From the human T2T-CHM13v2.0 reference genome, Homo sapiens: 64,000 bases of DNA. The notes below the pieces were generated by a model. It worked only from the letters and a program-made list of their open reading frames with translations. It was not told the DNA's origin and searched no databases. Position numbers and translations under genes: made by a program. Of the stretch, positions 45,501-60,826 are shown piece by piece (positions within the stretch are counted from its first letter, which is position 1; each line of letters opens with the position of its first letter). The stretch lies in assembly GCF_009914755.1 (NCBI RefSeq), contig NC_060926.1; one strand, 5' to 3'.

Positions 45501-47561
45501 AGCATTGCTAATTACGAAAAAGCCTTTTCTAGATAATTAAAAACAATGCCTTTCTTTTAAGTTTTAGACCTCTAAGTTAACATGATCTTTTTCTCTCTTT
45601 TTAACCACTTATTAGAGTTCATCTCATCTGCTTACTTTCAAGGTTAACAGTTATTAAGCATCTACTGTGCACTTGGTACTATTCTAGTATTACTATGGAA
45701 ATAAACTCTTGTAAAACCTCATTTAACTTAAAAAAGACCCATATGTGATAGGTAAAATTAACTTCATTTTATAGACAAGGAGAAGTCTCAGAGAAAGCTA
45801 CTAACTTTGCCCAGTGCTATTTAATCAGGTCTCTAACATTGGTCTACCTCAGGGCCACTGCATCTAGTCGCCCATGTTGTGTATCGCACAACTCCAGGAA
45901 TGCCACTCACAGAGCCTATTATATATATGGCACCCCTTGGAGCTTTCCAGTGCTACAACCCTATATCTGTCTTGAAAATCTAATATATTTTTTACTGCAC
46001 TATTTTACCACCTCACTAACTCATTCATATTAAAGTAGCAGGAGTAGAATATAGTTGGGTAAAAAAAATAAGAAGAGTCAAGTTTCACATTGCACTTCTT
46101 GAAAACACCACAAATGTTTCTCCATAATTATTTTACATTATTCAATCCTTAAAGCAACAACTCTCTCATATTTCCATTCTTATACAAAAAAGTAATTTAT
46201 GATCATGTGTAAATAACCTAAGTACAAGCTAAACTATCATTATGGACTGCCTTCATATACTATGTACTGTGAAAGTTTTTATTATGACGGCATGAACAAA
46301 CTAGCCCGAAATGATCTTTTGACACTCAGAATGAGTCATGTATTGATACGCAGGCTGGCACTCATTTGAGCAGGAAGTATGCCTCCCAAGCATCTTAATC
46401 TACTTATAAACTTCTACCTTAATTCAAAATTGTACATCTCTAAATGATTATACCGTACATAGAGTATGCTTTCCAAAGAAAAGACGTATTAAAATAGTGA
46501 ACATCTGCAGAGACATGGTTAAATGAGCAAAGACAATTTGAAAGCATTTGCTGTCCTAATTCCTAGCAAGTTGACAGACAATGCCCCAAAACTCTCTATC
46601 GGATCCAGAATAAACTAATAAGCTAATCAGAGCATAACAAGCCTTTGCTAAGTGATTTCATAAGAGAACTGTAAGTATGTTTAAGCAGCACTCATGGGCA
46701 TTTCTCACTAAACTTGCAAACTCATTCTGAGAAATATTGTTAAATATTGTAAATCCATGGAGTATACTATTCTCACTAGTGATTAGGGCTCTAGGGTACA
46801 GAGTAAAATGAAGAGGTATATAATTTCCCCCTGTGAACTCACAATGAAGTTCTTTCTAAGTGTTTCCTCAAAACTTCTGATCTTTAAGCTGTAGCATTGA
46901 GGTACCATTTACCTAGTTATTAATGAGGACTCTTCAGGGACTTATGACCATGAACAATTTGGTCATAGCTCTCTTAAAATGTTAAAAGTTCTTTTCTTAG
47001 GAAAAATCCTTTAGTTCAAGAATTTGTTGAATATCAAGTTTATGAGGCAAATCTAGAAAATTCTGTAGGAATACGGCAATTTGCTAATCAAAGTTATTAT
47101 GTCATGCCTAAGGGAGCTTGTAATTCATGAAGCTGTCAGGATTCATAGCAATCAGTAAACAGAAAATTATTCTCATAAATAAATATTAATAATTAAGAAA
47201 TATAAAAAGTGGTTTTCAAAATATCTAGTGACTGCACAAGCATTTGAGTTACTTTCATCTCCTTTGAGTGTTTTATTTCTCTTACGAGAATTATAAGCTG
47301 TATCAGTATCATGACCAAATATAAGAAAACCTTCTAGATCAAATTAACAATAGCAGATATAGTCTATTGCTGTATAGACAAAATAAGAATCACAGTAGAA
47401 CAATTCTAAATAAATTATGGCTCTCTGTGTTCTCTAAATTAATAAAATGAAAATTTAAAAAATTTAGAAAAACCTATCAAGGTATTCCAATCCCCCTCCT
47501 CCTCTTCCTTTTTCTTCTTTCATTTTAGTTTTAAATTCAAGTTATAATCCAAGAAGAAATA

Positions 47562-47920
47562 TGTATTTCTTGCTGTCCATTTTCATGCTGCTGATAAAGA
47601 CATACCTTAGAGTGGGCAATTTACACAAGAAAGACGTAAGATTTGGACTTACAGTTCCACATGGCCGAGGCCTCACAATCATGGTGGAAAGCAAGGAGGA
47701 GCAAGTCATATCTTTGTGGATGGCAGCAGGCAAAGAGAGAGCTTGTGTAGGAAAACTCCCGCTTATAATAACCATCAGATCTTGTGATACTTACTCACTA
47801 TCATGAAAATAGCATGGGAAAGACCTGCCTGCATGATTCAATTACCTCCCACCAGGTCCCTGCCACAACACGTGGGAATTTAAGATGAGATTTGGGTGGG
47901 GACATAGCCAAAACATATCA
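47562..47920 (-). mobile_element. THE1 (MaLR) solo LTR
   Basis: Reverse complement begins TGATATGTTTTGGCTATGTCCCCACCC and ends TACA; 5-bp TSD AAATA (47557-47561, 47921-47925). Confidence 0.92.
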
Positions 47921-49770
47921 AAATATAAACCTTTTTTCCCTCTACAATTATATAGAACTTAATTTCATAGCTTTTTTACATTTTAATTATTCAAAACTCA
48001 GAATGGTAAAAAGGTATTAAGACTTTTTGCTGTTAATAAATTAGTAAATATTGTAGATTTCAAACTTTTTCTTTATGTTTATTCTTCCTTATTTAAGGAA
48101 AAAGGAGAAAAATAGATCATATCATGTGAGAAAGAAAGAAAGAAAAAAAAACCCTAAACCTCTCCCTAAACATGAAAGTTTTCTTCAAAAGATAGAAAAC
48201 TCCCTTAGAAGTATATTCAAGCAGTCACAGTCAGAGTTGTGTCCACTTCTTCCCACTGGTACTTTATACAATATGTCTTTTTGAATTTTCTTAAAATGAT
48301 TCTAATGTTATTATTTCTCAATGTTCTATCTTTGAATCATCAGAGAGCCTTTTCATCTGAACTATTTCATGACTGCAAATATTTAGAGAGTAAATTCATT
48401 TCAAGCCCATGGATATCACTTTTCATGCTGAAAAATCATCCAAAGCATGTCCAAGTTAATTTATTTTCCTGTTTTTGACACAAGGTGCCCATCTCTATGA
48501 GGAAACTTGACTAATGACCAATTTACAGAGTTTATGCTGTAACAGCCCATACTGCCTTTATATTTTGCCTCTTTCCAAAGGATGGAAGAATCTAAAAAAA
48601 TAACCCATCGTAGAGACAAGTACATTTTATAGCAGAAAGGTATACCTCACTGGTATTAAAAATCATGTCTAAAACCTGTAACTTTGTTCCATCTGGTGAA
48701 ACAACCTTACGTTCTTCTCCACAGGCCAGTGATCACTTTGCTGCAAGCTCGGGAAGGATATTTCTTACGAATGTGATAAATTTTCTCTTCACTATTGACT
48801 CTTCTCTCTCTCCCTTATCTGATAATGCACAGAGAGGCTTCCTTAACCTATACGTACACATAAATGAACATGTCCATATGGTTTGCAGGGAGAACTAGGC
48901 AATTTGGATGCACCTGAAATACAGACCAATTCAGCATGTCCAATATTCATTCCAATAACGTCATATTCTCATCATTGCGCCAACTTCCCTTTCCAAAAAC
49001 CTTTTACTGTTATTAGTGTTACCATCTTATCAACCAGAGAGTGAGCACCACAGGGAGGAGGTAGCATGTTTACTGTGTTCACCACTGGAATCCCAGCAGT
49101 CAGCACAGAACACTGTTGCCTTACACACAGATGATCCTCAACAAAGTATTGAATGGCAGACCAATTTTCTTAGTCACTGAGACTTAAAACCTTATCAAGA
49201 TAGCAGTCAAGGTTAGATAGCAAGACTAGTGACCCTACCATCAAAAGGCCTGGTTTCTATTTTAGAGTCTAACATTATATAAATGCTTGACTTCAGGCAA
49301 ACTGCTTACCCTCAATAGAGCTGAAAATTTGGGGCATAGGAGAATGGAGGCAGTCAAGCAACTAAATAGTTCATTAAGAGAATTAATTCATTGAAATATT
49401 CAAAAATATTCATTGACTATAAGATTTATTCTCTTCCTAAATATTCGATATATAGGCAATAAGTCAATATAGTTTACCTTCAAAATGTTATTTGTATCTA
49501 TCTGTTTTTCCCTGTTCCTGTTGCTAATCTCCTGAGAGCTGGCTTGTACCACCTCAGGTGTGAATTAACAAATTCTCCATAGCATAGCAGAAGAATTTTC
49601 CTTAAGCTTCTTTAGGCATGATGATTTTGCAATGCTAGCATGCACAAGAACCTGGGATGCTTGTTATAAAGACCCATTCCCAAGACACATCTCCACAGAC
49701 TTTGATGGGGCATGCCCAGGATTCTCCAGCTGCAGCAGGTAGTCTGCAGAGGACATCCTGAGAAACTTCT

Positions 49771-50073
49771 TTTTTTTTTTTTTTTTTTTGAGATGGCGTC
49801 TCGCTCTGTTGCCCAGTCCAGAGTGCAGTGGCACAATCTTGGCTCCCTGCAACTTCCACCTCCTGGGTTTCAAGAGATTTTTCTGTCTCAGCCTCACGAG
49901 TAGCTGGGATTAGAGGTGTGCGCCACCATGCCTGGCTGATTTTTGTATTGTTAGTAGAGGTGAGGTTTCACTATATTGACCAGGCTGGTCTCGAACTCCT
50001 GTTCTCAGGTGACCCACCTGCCCTGGCCTTCCGAAGTGCTGGGATTACAGGCGTAAGCCACCGCGCCAGACGC
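49771..50073 (-). mobile_element. AluS
   Basis: Poly-T plus full antisense Alu; imperfect TSD gagaa(ac/gt)ttctt. Confidence 0.93.
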
Positions 50074-50149
50074 AGAGAAGTTTCTTGACTGCAGTGACTA
50101 GTAAATAGGCTTAAAAAGGCACCCTCAAAAATATGAATATTTATAATCA

Positions 50150-50707
50150 AATTATGTGAATGTACATTACGTGATGAAGCCTCCATTAAAAATTCCTAAA
50201 CTACCAAATTTGAAGAGCTTCCAGGTTGGTGAACACATCCCTGTGCTGGGATGCACACATCCCAGGGGACACTGCAACTCCACAGCGACAGAAGCTCCTG
50301 AACATGAGACTCTTCTAGACCTCACACCATGTGTCTCTTCACCTGACTGCTCATCTGTATCCTTTCTCATTTCCTTTATAAAACTAGTAAACATCAGCAA
50401 ATGTTGAGTTTTGTGAGTCCTTTCAATAAATTATTAAACTTTGATGGGGGAAAGGTTGTGAGAATTTTTGGCTTTGTAGCCAAGTTGGACAGAAGTGTGG
50501 ATACCCTACGAGTTCATTATTTGCTACTCGGGTCTGAAGGGCCTTGTAGGACTGAGCCCTTAAACCGGTAGTTAATGTCAGAATTGAATTAAATTATAGA
50601 ACATCAAATTGACATCCAGAGAGTTGGGAAATGGTGACTGCAGGGGGGAAAATCCCTATACATTGGGTGTGAGAGGTTTTGTGAATAGAGAAACAGTTTT
50701 CCTTTCA
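50150..50707 (+). mobile_element. MER21-type LTR fragment
   Basis: 'gagcttccaggttggtgaacacatc', 'ttgtagccaagttggacagaagtgtgg', 'gtcagaattgaattaaattatagaaca'. Confidence 0.7.
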
Positions 50708-52899
50708 TTATATTGCCCCCTACTACTAGAATGAGTGCTTCTAGAACACATTCTATGTGGAAGAATAGAAATAAAACATCCAGAACATGTTGGAAAAACA
50801 GGAGTCAGCATGTGACAAGGAGACGGAAAGAGGTTCTATGAGAGAAATAGCCCACAAGCAATTATTTCTCATGTTCCAAATGACACCTGAAACTCTTGCG
50901 AGAAAATCTATTAAGACCGAAAATGTGTCACTATGCAACAAAGCAGCAGTAACACATAGCACAGGAAATATCCTCTCACAAGCAAAATGCAAAATAAGCT
51001 GACAGCAACAAGTAAGCTGGTAAGAATATATATTTCATAAGGATCATAGAAGCTACAGCAATTTGAATACATTTTTTCAATCACTTACAGATATTTTAAG
51101 GAGCCACATCCTATAGAATCCCAGCTTTTCAGTTATAGTAATCAAAGGAGCAAAATATTCTCGAGTGCCTACCTAATATCTGCAGAACGATGGGTCAGGC
51201 ACCGTGAAGGAAGAAGAACCAAACAATCTGCTTTGCAGGAGTTTACTATCTGAAGAAAAAATTAGAAAAGTCAGAATGTTTAAAAAATATAAGAGCACAC
51301 TTAATGGTAAGCAATATACTAACACACAGCACTGTGTAGTGACATACGAAAGCATTTGATTGAATGAAGGATTGATTGAAGTGATTCTTGGTCATTAGCT
51401 CACTCTCTCCTCTTCCCACATGAACCCTTGGATACTGATTCATTGTGGTTTACTTAATTAATTTTTAAAATGTACAGTATGTAAGACTACTCATGCTTTT
51501 CCGTTCATCATACTTTCATCATCAATATGCTAACAACTCTTTTATCTCATTTTATCTTTATTTTAGTATATTGCCCCTTTTATAGTTCTCCCTCCTTTTC
51601 ACCCTTCCAACCTTCCATCTAAGTGGTTATTTAAATGCATTGGTTCCTTGAAAATTAGAGTGTATTTTATATGTGCTTTTAATTTGCATAAATGATAGTG
51701 TTAGTATCTTGTTTCTTGCTATTTTCATTCTTGCTAGTGTTTTTGAGATTAGATTATTCCATGCTGTCAAATGTAAATCTGGCTCATTGTTGCTAATGGT
51801 TCATAGTAGTCCAACATTCTGACATATACATACACCTCCTTTTACTTGGCCATTCCATCAGTTTTCCTGCTACCACAAGCAACGCTGTGAAAATCCTGCA
51901 CAAAGTCCTACGATTTTTCATGAGCTGAATTGTAGCATCAAGACATGCTTATTTTACTAGGTAATTTTGGCTTTTCTCCAGCATCACTGTAGCATTTTAG
52001 ATTCTTACTAGCTGTGCGTGTGGATCCCCCTTCCTCTCGACATGTTTACCTGCTTTCTAATTTCTGCTAATTTGGTGATTATAAAGTAATATTTTATTGT
52101 TTTAATTTTTATTTATGTACTTAGCAGTGAGTTTGAGAATCAGTTTACACACGTATTACCATTCACATGAATTTCCATTCAACTACTGTACTTATTTTTA
52201 TAAACTTTCAGTCCTTTTATTCCTGAATTGCATGTGTTTTTTAATGTATTTTAAATATTAAACAGTTCTCAATCTTGTAAATTCCATGCTAAAGCTTCCT
52301 ATAATGTGTTTTATTGGATATAAAACTCTTCTTTTGATTGCAGTCAAATTCCCTAATCAAGTTCCTGTTTATTTTTGTTATTTTGTTTCTTTACTGTTAT
52401 TTTTATGCCTGTGCTTTTATGGATTTTTTTTTTAAAAAATAACCTTTTCTAGCTCAAGATTGAACATGCCATTCTCCTACATTCCTTTCCTCCTCTTCCT
52501 CTTCTTCTTTTTTTAATACCCAGATTTGTCAAATGTCTGTTTTGCCAAGAAAGGCAATTAAAAATTCAACTTCATCACTGACTTTCATCATTGTATAAAA
52601 TAAATGAATATTTTAACACCAAATTACAAGGAGAAAATTTCACAATAATGATAGTCACTTACAGGTGAATAAATTTTATACTTTGAAAAACTTTCCATAT
52701 CTGATTTTTTTCTTCTCAGTTCATAGCACACTAGTTTATGAACCAACAATTGGGACCCACTGAATTAAGACATTCTCCACCTTAGAGCAGAGATGTGGGT
52801 CAAGGGACCCTGCCTAAGAATGAATGGAAGCCAAACAACTTTGATCAAGTGGATCTCTGGTACTCTGCCAGGGATTGGCTCAAAGTAAACTCCAGGTAG

Positions 52900-53480
52900 C
52901 CACTGATGTGTTTTCTGACACTACAAATTAGATCTGTCTCTTCTTGGGTTATATATACATGGAATCACAGTCTATTTACTCTGTGGTGTCTGGGCTTTTC
53001 TGCACAGAATATTTTTGAGCGTCATCTATGTTTTTAGTGTATTGGTAATTTACTGTTTTTATTGCTGAGTAGTATACCACTGAATGAATATACCACACAG
53101 AATTTATCCATTCACCTGTTGATGAACATTTAGGCTGCTTCCACTTTTAGGGCCATTATAAACAAAGCTACTGTGAGCAGTTTGTACAAGTCTTTGTATA
53201 GACTTAGGTTTTCATTTCTCTTGGGTAAACAGAAGTTGACTTTCTGGGTTATATCATAAGGGTATGTTTTACCTTTTCTTGTGCCTTCTTTGTTGAGTGA
53301 CCCTAAATATTTACAGTTCTTGTTATTTGGAGAAATATTTTGTTAACCATTATTTTTCATTGTTAATTAGTGATTTGGATTTTTTAAGTGGATTTTGTAC
53401 CAGCAAATGGACGGACTATTTCATAGTTATAGTAATTTGTCTGCAAGTTTGATTTTGTGTTATGCCTAGGAGTTACAGAC
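52900..53480 (-). mobile_element. Old L1M (L1ME/MD) 3' fragment
   Basis: 'ttattgctgagtagtataccactgaatgaatataccac...ttatccattcacctgttgatgaacatttagg'. Confidence 0.7.
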
Positions 53481-56400
53481 ATAGACTATTAGTACCACGT
53501 GATGCAGATATAATTGGGGGAAAATCTTATTTGTAGAAAAGTAGTAGGACATTCACAATCTTGAGAACTCCCGTTATTCCCTAGTTTAGGCACTGCAAAT
53601 TTGGATTGCATGGGCCATGACCAGTGTTCCAACAGAAAAAGACCTTGCTCCCTGCAATACTCTACACGTTGATAGAGACAAAGGGCAACGAACCATTCTA
53701 TCACTATATTTAAAAGGAAGCTCTGATAGAGGCAGTCATGTTTTTAGAAAGGGGGCCTCTGAAAATCAGCAACTGGATCAGTCTGTTCCTGCATTGAGCT
53801 GGCTCAGACCTGCTCAGTCAGCTCTCAAAAGGTCAGCTATGCAAACTGCCTCCACAGAGAAAAGAAAATACATATCCAGAGACACCCAGATGTGTACTCC
53901 CCAGTTTGCTATGAAGCTAACCTGGAAATAACAGTAATTTTAATTCTTTCTCTCTGTTCTTTCATACCTGTGACTTGTTTTTCTTGTTTTATGTTTGCCA
54001 GTTCCAAAAGTATATGGAACATAGCAGTGCTATCATATATATACAATATTATTTCTAAACTTAAGAAAAATTCATATAAATATACCACATTATATATTTA
54101 TTCTACCTTTTTTAGTAATATTTTTTGATGTCAGGCTAAGAAAGTTTCCTACCAACCCTACCTTACTAAGAATGCCTTCTGGTATATTTACTGAAATAGT
54201 TATGAGATTCTTTTTCCAAAGAGCCATGAACTATCTTGTACATGTGTCAAAATATTCTTTGGTTCCTGGTACAAACCCTACTTGATCATGATATACTTTA
54301 AATAAGCAATTAAATATATAAAAAAGAAGTAAATAAAGAAAAATAAAGTCTCAGATTTGTTAAGCTCAACACTTTAAAAGGAGTCTCACATTTTTGTTTA
54401 CATGTGAAGTCAGCCTATATTTTTGTATACTTGAATTACCATTTTCTGGTTTAAAGACCAGGGTTAGTGAAGGATTAAGTAAAATATAACTATTGTTTCA
54501 CTGCTGTTTTAAAACAAGTAGACAGATACAAAAAGTAATCTACCTAAAAAGGCTTTTCTGATAAACAGAACCAAATTAGAAGACAGCGAAGAACAGGTTA
54601 GCTTAACATGTCAACTCTCATTACAAGAAAAAAAGGAGAGAAAAATCTAGCTTTTATATAAGCTCAACTTAAATAACAATAATTACAGTAATAATACAAT
54701 GCTTCTACACTCTTGGAAGAAAACCAACTGTTATAAAACATACCTCAAAGAAAGGACTGCACAGGCATAAAGAGAGCCTAAGTTCCCTAACTTATTCCCA
54801 TATTATAGTGACCTGATAACAGAAAAACTTGGAAGTATTGGCCTAATATGTTCTGAAGGTCGTTGGAGCATGCCGAAGTAGGTTCTTAGAGAAAAACTTC
54901 ATAGAATAAAAAGAGAGAATAATGTAAACATGTTTCTTTTAAATTTTATATAAAAATTTAAATATTAACCTGCATATTTTAAAACACCTTAAGTATTATA
55001 CTATATGATAGTCAATCCCTCCACTGACTCTAGTCAGAGTCAGTGAAGGATATAAACCAGGTAATTGTATAGTGTTGCCTTAGCTGTTCCACCAACTAAT
55101 TGGCCTCCTTGCTTGGAAAAGAAAAAAGAGTCTGTGAAGTGAGTTGTGATGGAAGAAATCCAGACAGCCTGAAGCTCAGAATGTTCTTTCTGCTTTTTTT
55201 AAAACCCAGGAAGATTGGCCCTACCGGGAGGCAGCAGGAAAAGAAGTCAAAACTTATACCAGTTTCACTGAGAGCGGTCCAGTTTTCCTTTTCTACTTCG
55301 TGTTTTGGATTAACTTATTTATGATAGGAAGTTTCTGTACCTTGAACATTTCACAGTACTCCCTTTTCAACTGCTGATCCATTGCCTTTTTGTGGGCAAA
55401 AAAGAGAAATGAGGAAGCAGGTTTTTAGCTAACATTTCAATTTTCTCTAGTAGTTATTAGAATATTCAAGTATTGTCATTATTCTCATGCAAAATTTGTG
55501 CTTTCATAAATAAATCCTTCAAGATTTTCAAGTTGAGAGAAAGTTAGTGATTATAGCCTCATGATTCTTATTCTTTGTTATACCTGTGCGAAATCCTCTT
55601 TCTATATGCATTTTGTAGTATTTACATCTTCTGTCTTTTCTCTTGATCAGGTTTACTAGACGTTGTACGTCTTATTATACTCAAAGAACTGAGTTTTTGT
55701 TTTATTAAACCTCTCTACTGGATTTTTGTTATTCTCTGTTTTTAAATTTTGTACCTATGTAATTATTATTTCTGTCCTTATACGTTTGGCTTTACTCTGA
55801 TGAACCTTTTTGTAGCTTTGTGATTTGAATATTAATCCCATTTATTTTTTGTTCTGCTTGTTTTGTGATGTATTTAAATCTATACATGTCTCTTTAAGTA
55901 AAACCGGATATTCATCCTGCAAATATTGGCCTATAGTCAAATAGTATGTACATTAGCTCTAAGAATTCCATAATTTCTCTTATGATTTTTAAATAAAAGC
56001 CATTTAGCAAAATGTTACTTAGTATTCAGCCATATGAGATGGTTTGAGCTTTTTCTTGGACTTATTTCTAACTGTATTGCATTTTAATATGAGTCTACAT
56101 GGTATTAAAGAATTAGATTATACTGAGGCCTTCCTCTGTGGCCAGTATCTGGTCCATTTGTGTAACTGTTCTTTGTCCGTAAAAAGAATGTCTATCTTCT
56201 GTTTGAGTCTACAAACTTCTATGTATCTATTCATTTAAGCTCAATAATTACGTATATTTTTGATCTGCTTGATTTAACAGTTTCTGAGGTTTATGTGTTA
56301 AATTCCCCAATTAGAATTGTTGATTTATCTATTTTTCTCCATAGAGCTACTGGTTATTGTTCTGAATACATAGTATTAGGTATGTAAATGTTCATGATTA

Positions 56401-57519
56401 TTATTCCTATTATTCCTATTACAAGTGCCCTCATTGTCCTTTATGATTTTTTTTTTGCCTTAAATTCGATATTAAAACCATTAATCTGACTGTTTGGGGG
56501 GGAAGGTTGCATTCACCTACTATATCTTAAGCTGTTTTTTTCATTATTACTCTAATTATATTTCTTTGTTTTAAATATCACTTTTAGGTAAATATTGCTT
56601 TTTAAATCATACTCAGAAATATCTCTTAATCTTTGAGATAATCTTGAGTTAATAAACATTTATTATAACACTAATCGCTAAATACATATTTCTGCATTTT
56701 ATTTTGTATTTACTACTTATTCTCTTTTATTTTTTTCTCATTTCAACTTGCCTCTGATCTTTTCCTTCTCCCTCCTACCATTCATCTCTGTCAGGTTAGT
56801 ACCATTCTGTAATTTTATTTGTGGATTGTTCTTTATTTATTTGTGTTGTAGTCATTTTTTATTTAGAAAATAAACCTTACCAAATTATATGTTCCCACCT
56901 TCTGTGTTCATCTTTTTTCTTACTGGATGATTAGTTTGAAATGGTCTGGGTGGAGATATCATAAAACCAATTAATAATGACTTACATTTTTTTTTCTCAT
57001 CTAAAAAGATGTTTTGAGTTTAAGAGGCTGCTGGCAATAGCTCATCAGTTTAACAATATCAGGGTCAACATTTCTGCTATTCTTTTTTCGCTTCCTCTTT
57101 GTTGCAAAGTGGCTCCCATACCTCTTGCCATCACTTCTGTGTTCAATTCTTCCCCTTTTACCAGTTGAAACTTTCCAAGAAGCTCCACAGCAGGCACATG
57201 CTTATCTCTCATTAGCCAGGACTCCTTTGTATGTCCTCCTCTAGTTGCAAGAGAAGTTCATAAAATGAGTATTTGCTTTGCCAAATTCTATAATGTATAT
57301 AATTTACTTTAACAAGAAGGAGGAAAGAGATATGTTTAGCCAACAAAAATGTCTTCCACAGGTACTTCCTCCAGTGTCTCACTACCATGTGCCTACATTT
57401 GGGTTTGCTTGGTGGCTCTTAATGAGCCCTTTCAATAAGCTCTTAAACCTTTCTGTGATTTACAGAAGTATTAAGGCATTATTTCTCTCCTTTCATCTGC
57501 TTTTTCTTCATCTGTGGCT

Positions 57520-57640
57520 TTTTTTTTATTATACCTTAAGTCTTAGGGTACATGTGCACAACATGCAGGTTTGTTACATATGTATACATGTGCCATGTTG
57601 GTGTACTGCACCCATTAACTCGTCATTTAACATTAGGTAT
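57520..57640 (-). mobile_element. Very short (~120 bp) L1PA 3' end insertion
   Basis: 'ttagggtacatgtgcacaacatgcaggtttgttacat...cattaggtat'; TSD ATCTG(T/A)GGCTTTTT on both sides. Confidence 0.88.
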
Positions 57641-57969
57641 ATCTGAGGCTTTTTAAGTCAGATACTGACACATTAATTTCACTCTCTGTATCTTTTAACT
57701 TTTCTCATTTTTCCAAATCCTTATTTTTTACCCTTGTCTTCCAGAAGAGTCCCCTAACAAGATATTCCCACTTGCTGTGGCACATTTCAGCTGTATTAAT
57801 TCTGTGATTCAATTCATCCACTGACTTACGGTGATAATTACAGGTTTTACATCCATTATTTTCTAAGGGTTCTTCTTCATGAATTCTTGTTACTGTTTCT
57901 TTTTACCATTAGCCTCAGTTATTTCTCTGAGAATATCTTGGGTTTTCTTGTTTTTGTTGTTGTTGTTAC

Positions 57970-58420
57970 TTTATCTCTTTAAAGCAGTTTTAGGTTCCTA
58001 AGAAATTAAGAGGAAGGTTCAGAGATTTCCCGTGGGCTCCTTCCCCCGACACACACACCATTCCTCACCAGAGTGGTATATGTGTTAAAATTGATGACTT
58101 ACATTGATAAATTATTATCAACCAGGGTTCAGAGTTTACATGACAGTCCACTCTTGATGTTGTAGATTCTATGGGTCTGGACAAATATATACTGACGTGT
58201 GTTCATCAATGTAGTATATAATACACAGCAATTTCACTGCCCTAAAATTCTTCTGTGTGTTACCTATTCAACCCTCCCTCCAGGCCCTGGCCACCACTGA
58301 TCTTTTTACTGTTTCCATAGTTCTACCCTTTTCAGAAGTTTTACCTGTTCCATATGCTTATTGGCATCTGTATATCTTCTTTGGTGAGGTATCTGTTAAG
58401 GTCTTTTGCCCATTTTTTAA
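57970..58420 (-). mobile_element. L1MC/MD-type 3' fragment
   Basis: 'agcagttttaggttc...ccagagtggta...ttcactgccctaaaa...ccactgatctttttactgt'. Confidence 0.7.
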
Positions 58421-58968
58421 TTAGCAAATGTGACTGTACTGCCTCTAATCCTGATTTCTCTACTCTCAACTGGTGATGTTGGTCTCTTTTCTTACCCTAG
58501 TTCCTTTATCTATACAAATGTCAGTACGCTACCTCTTTTTTGATATTGTGAAACTGAAAGATAGTATGTGCATAAGCATCTGCTACATAGAAGGAAATCG
58601 ATACTAGTTTCCCTTTCTTCCATTCAATCAAAATCCTGCCCCATCAAATATTATTTCTTCACTGAAGCCGTTTTCTATCATTGGAATCTTTACTCTCTTC
58701 TTCTGATTAGGAAATCTTAGATATTTCAGAACTCATTTTTATCAAATAAAAATGTGTTACAACTTTAAATGATCTTAGAAATCTGGTAGGCTTCACTTAT
58801 TTTAGTAACATGCATGATCAATGACTAGGTCAAAAGCAGAGTAGAAATAGAACCCAAGTATTAACTCAGTCCACTGCACTATGCATAATTCAATAATAAA
58901 TTGCATTCTTTCTTTTCAAAAGACTGCTGCTTAATGTCACTTGTGTTGCCTCCACAACCAAGCTATAA

Positions 58969-60826
<1,858 letters not shown>

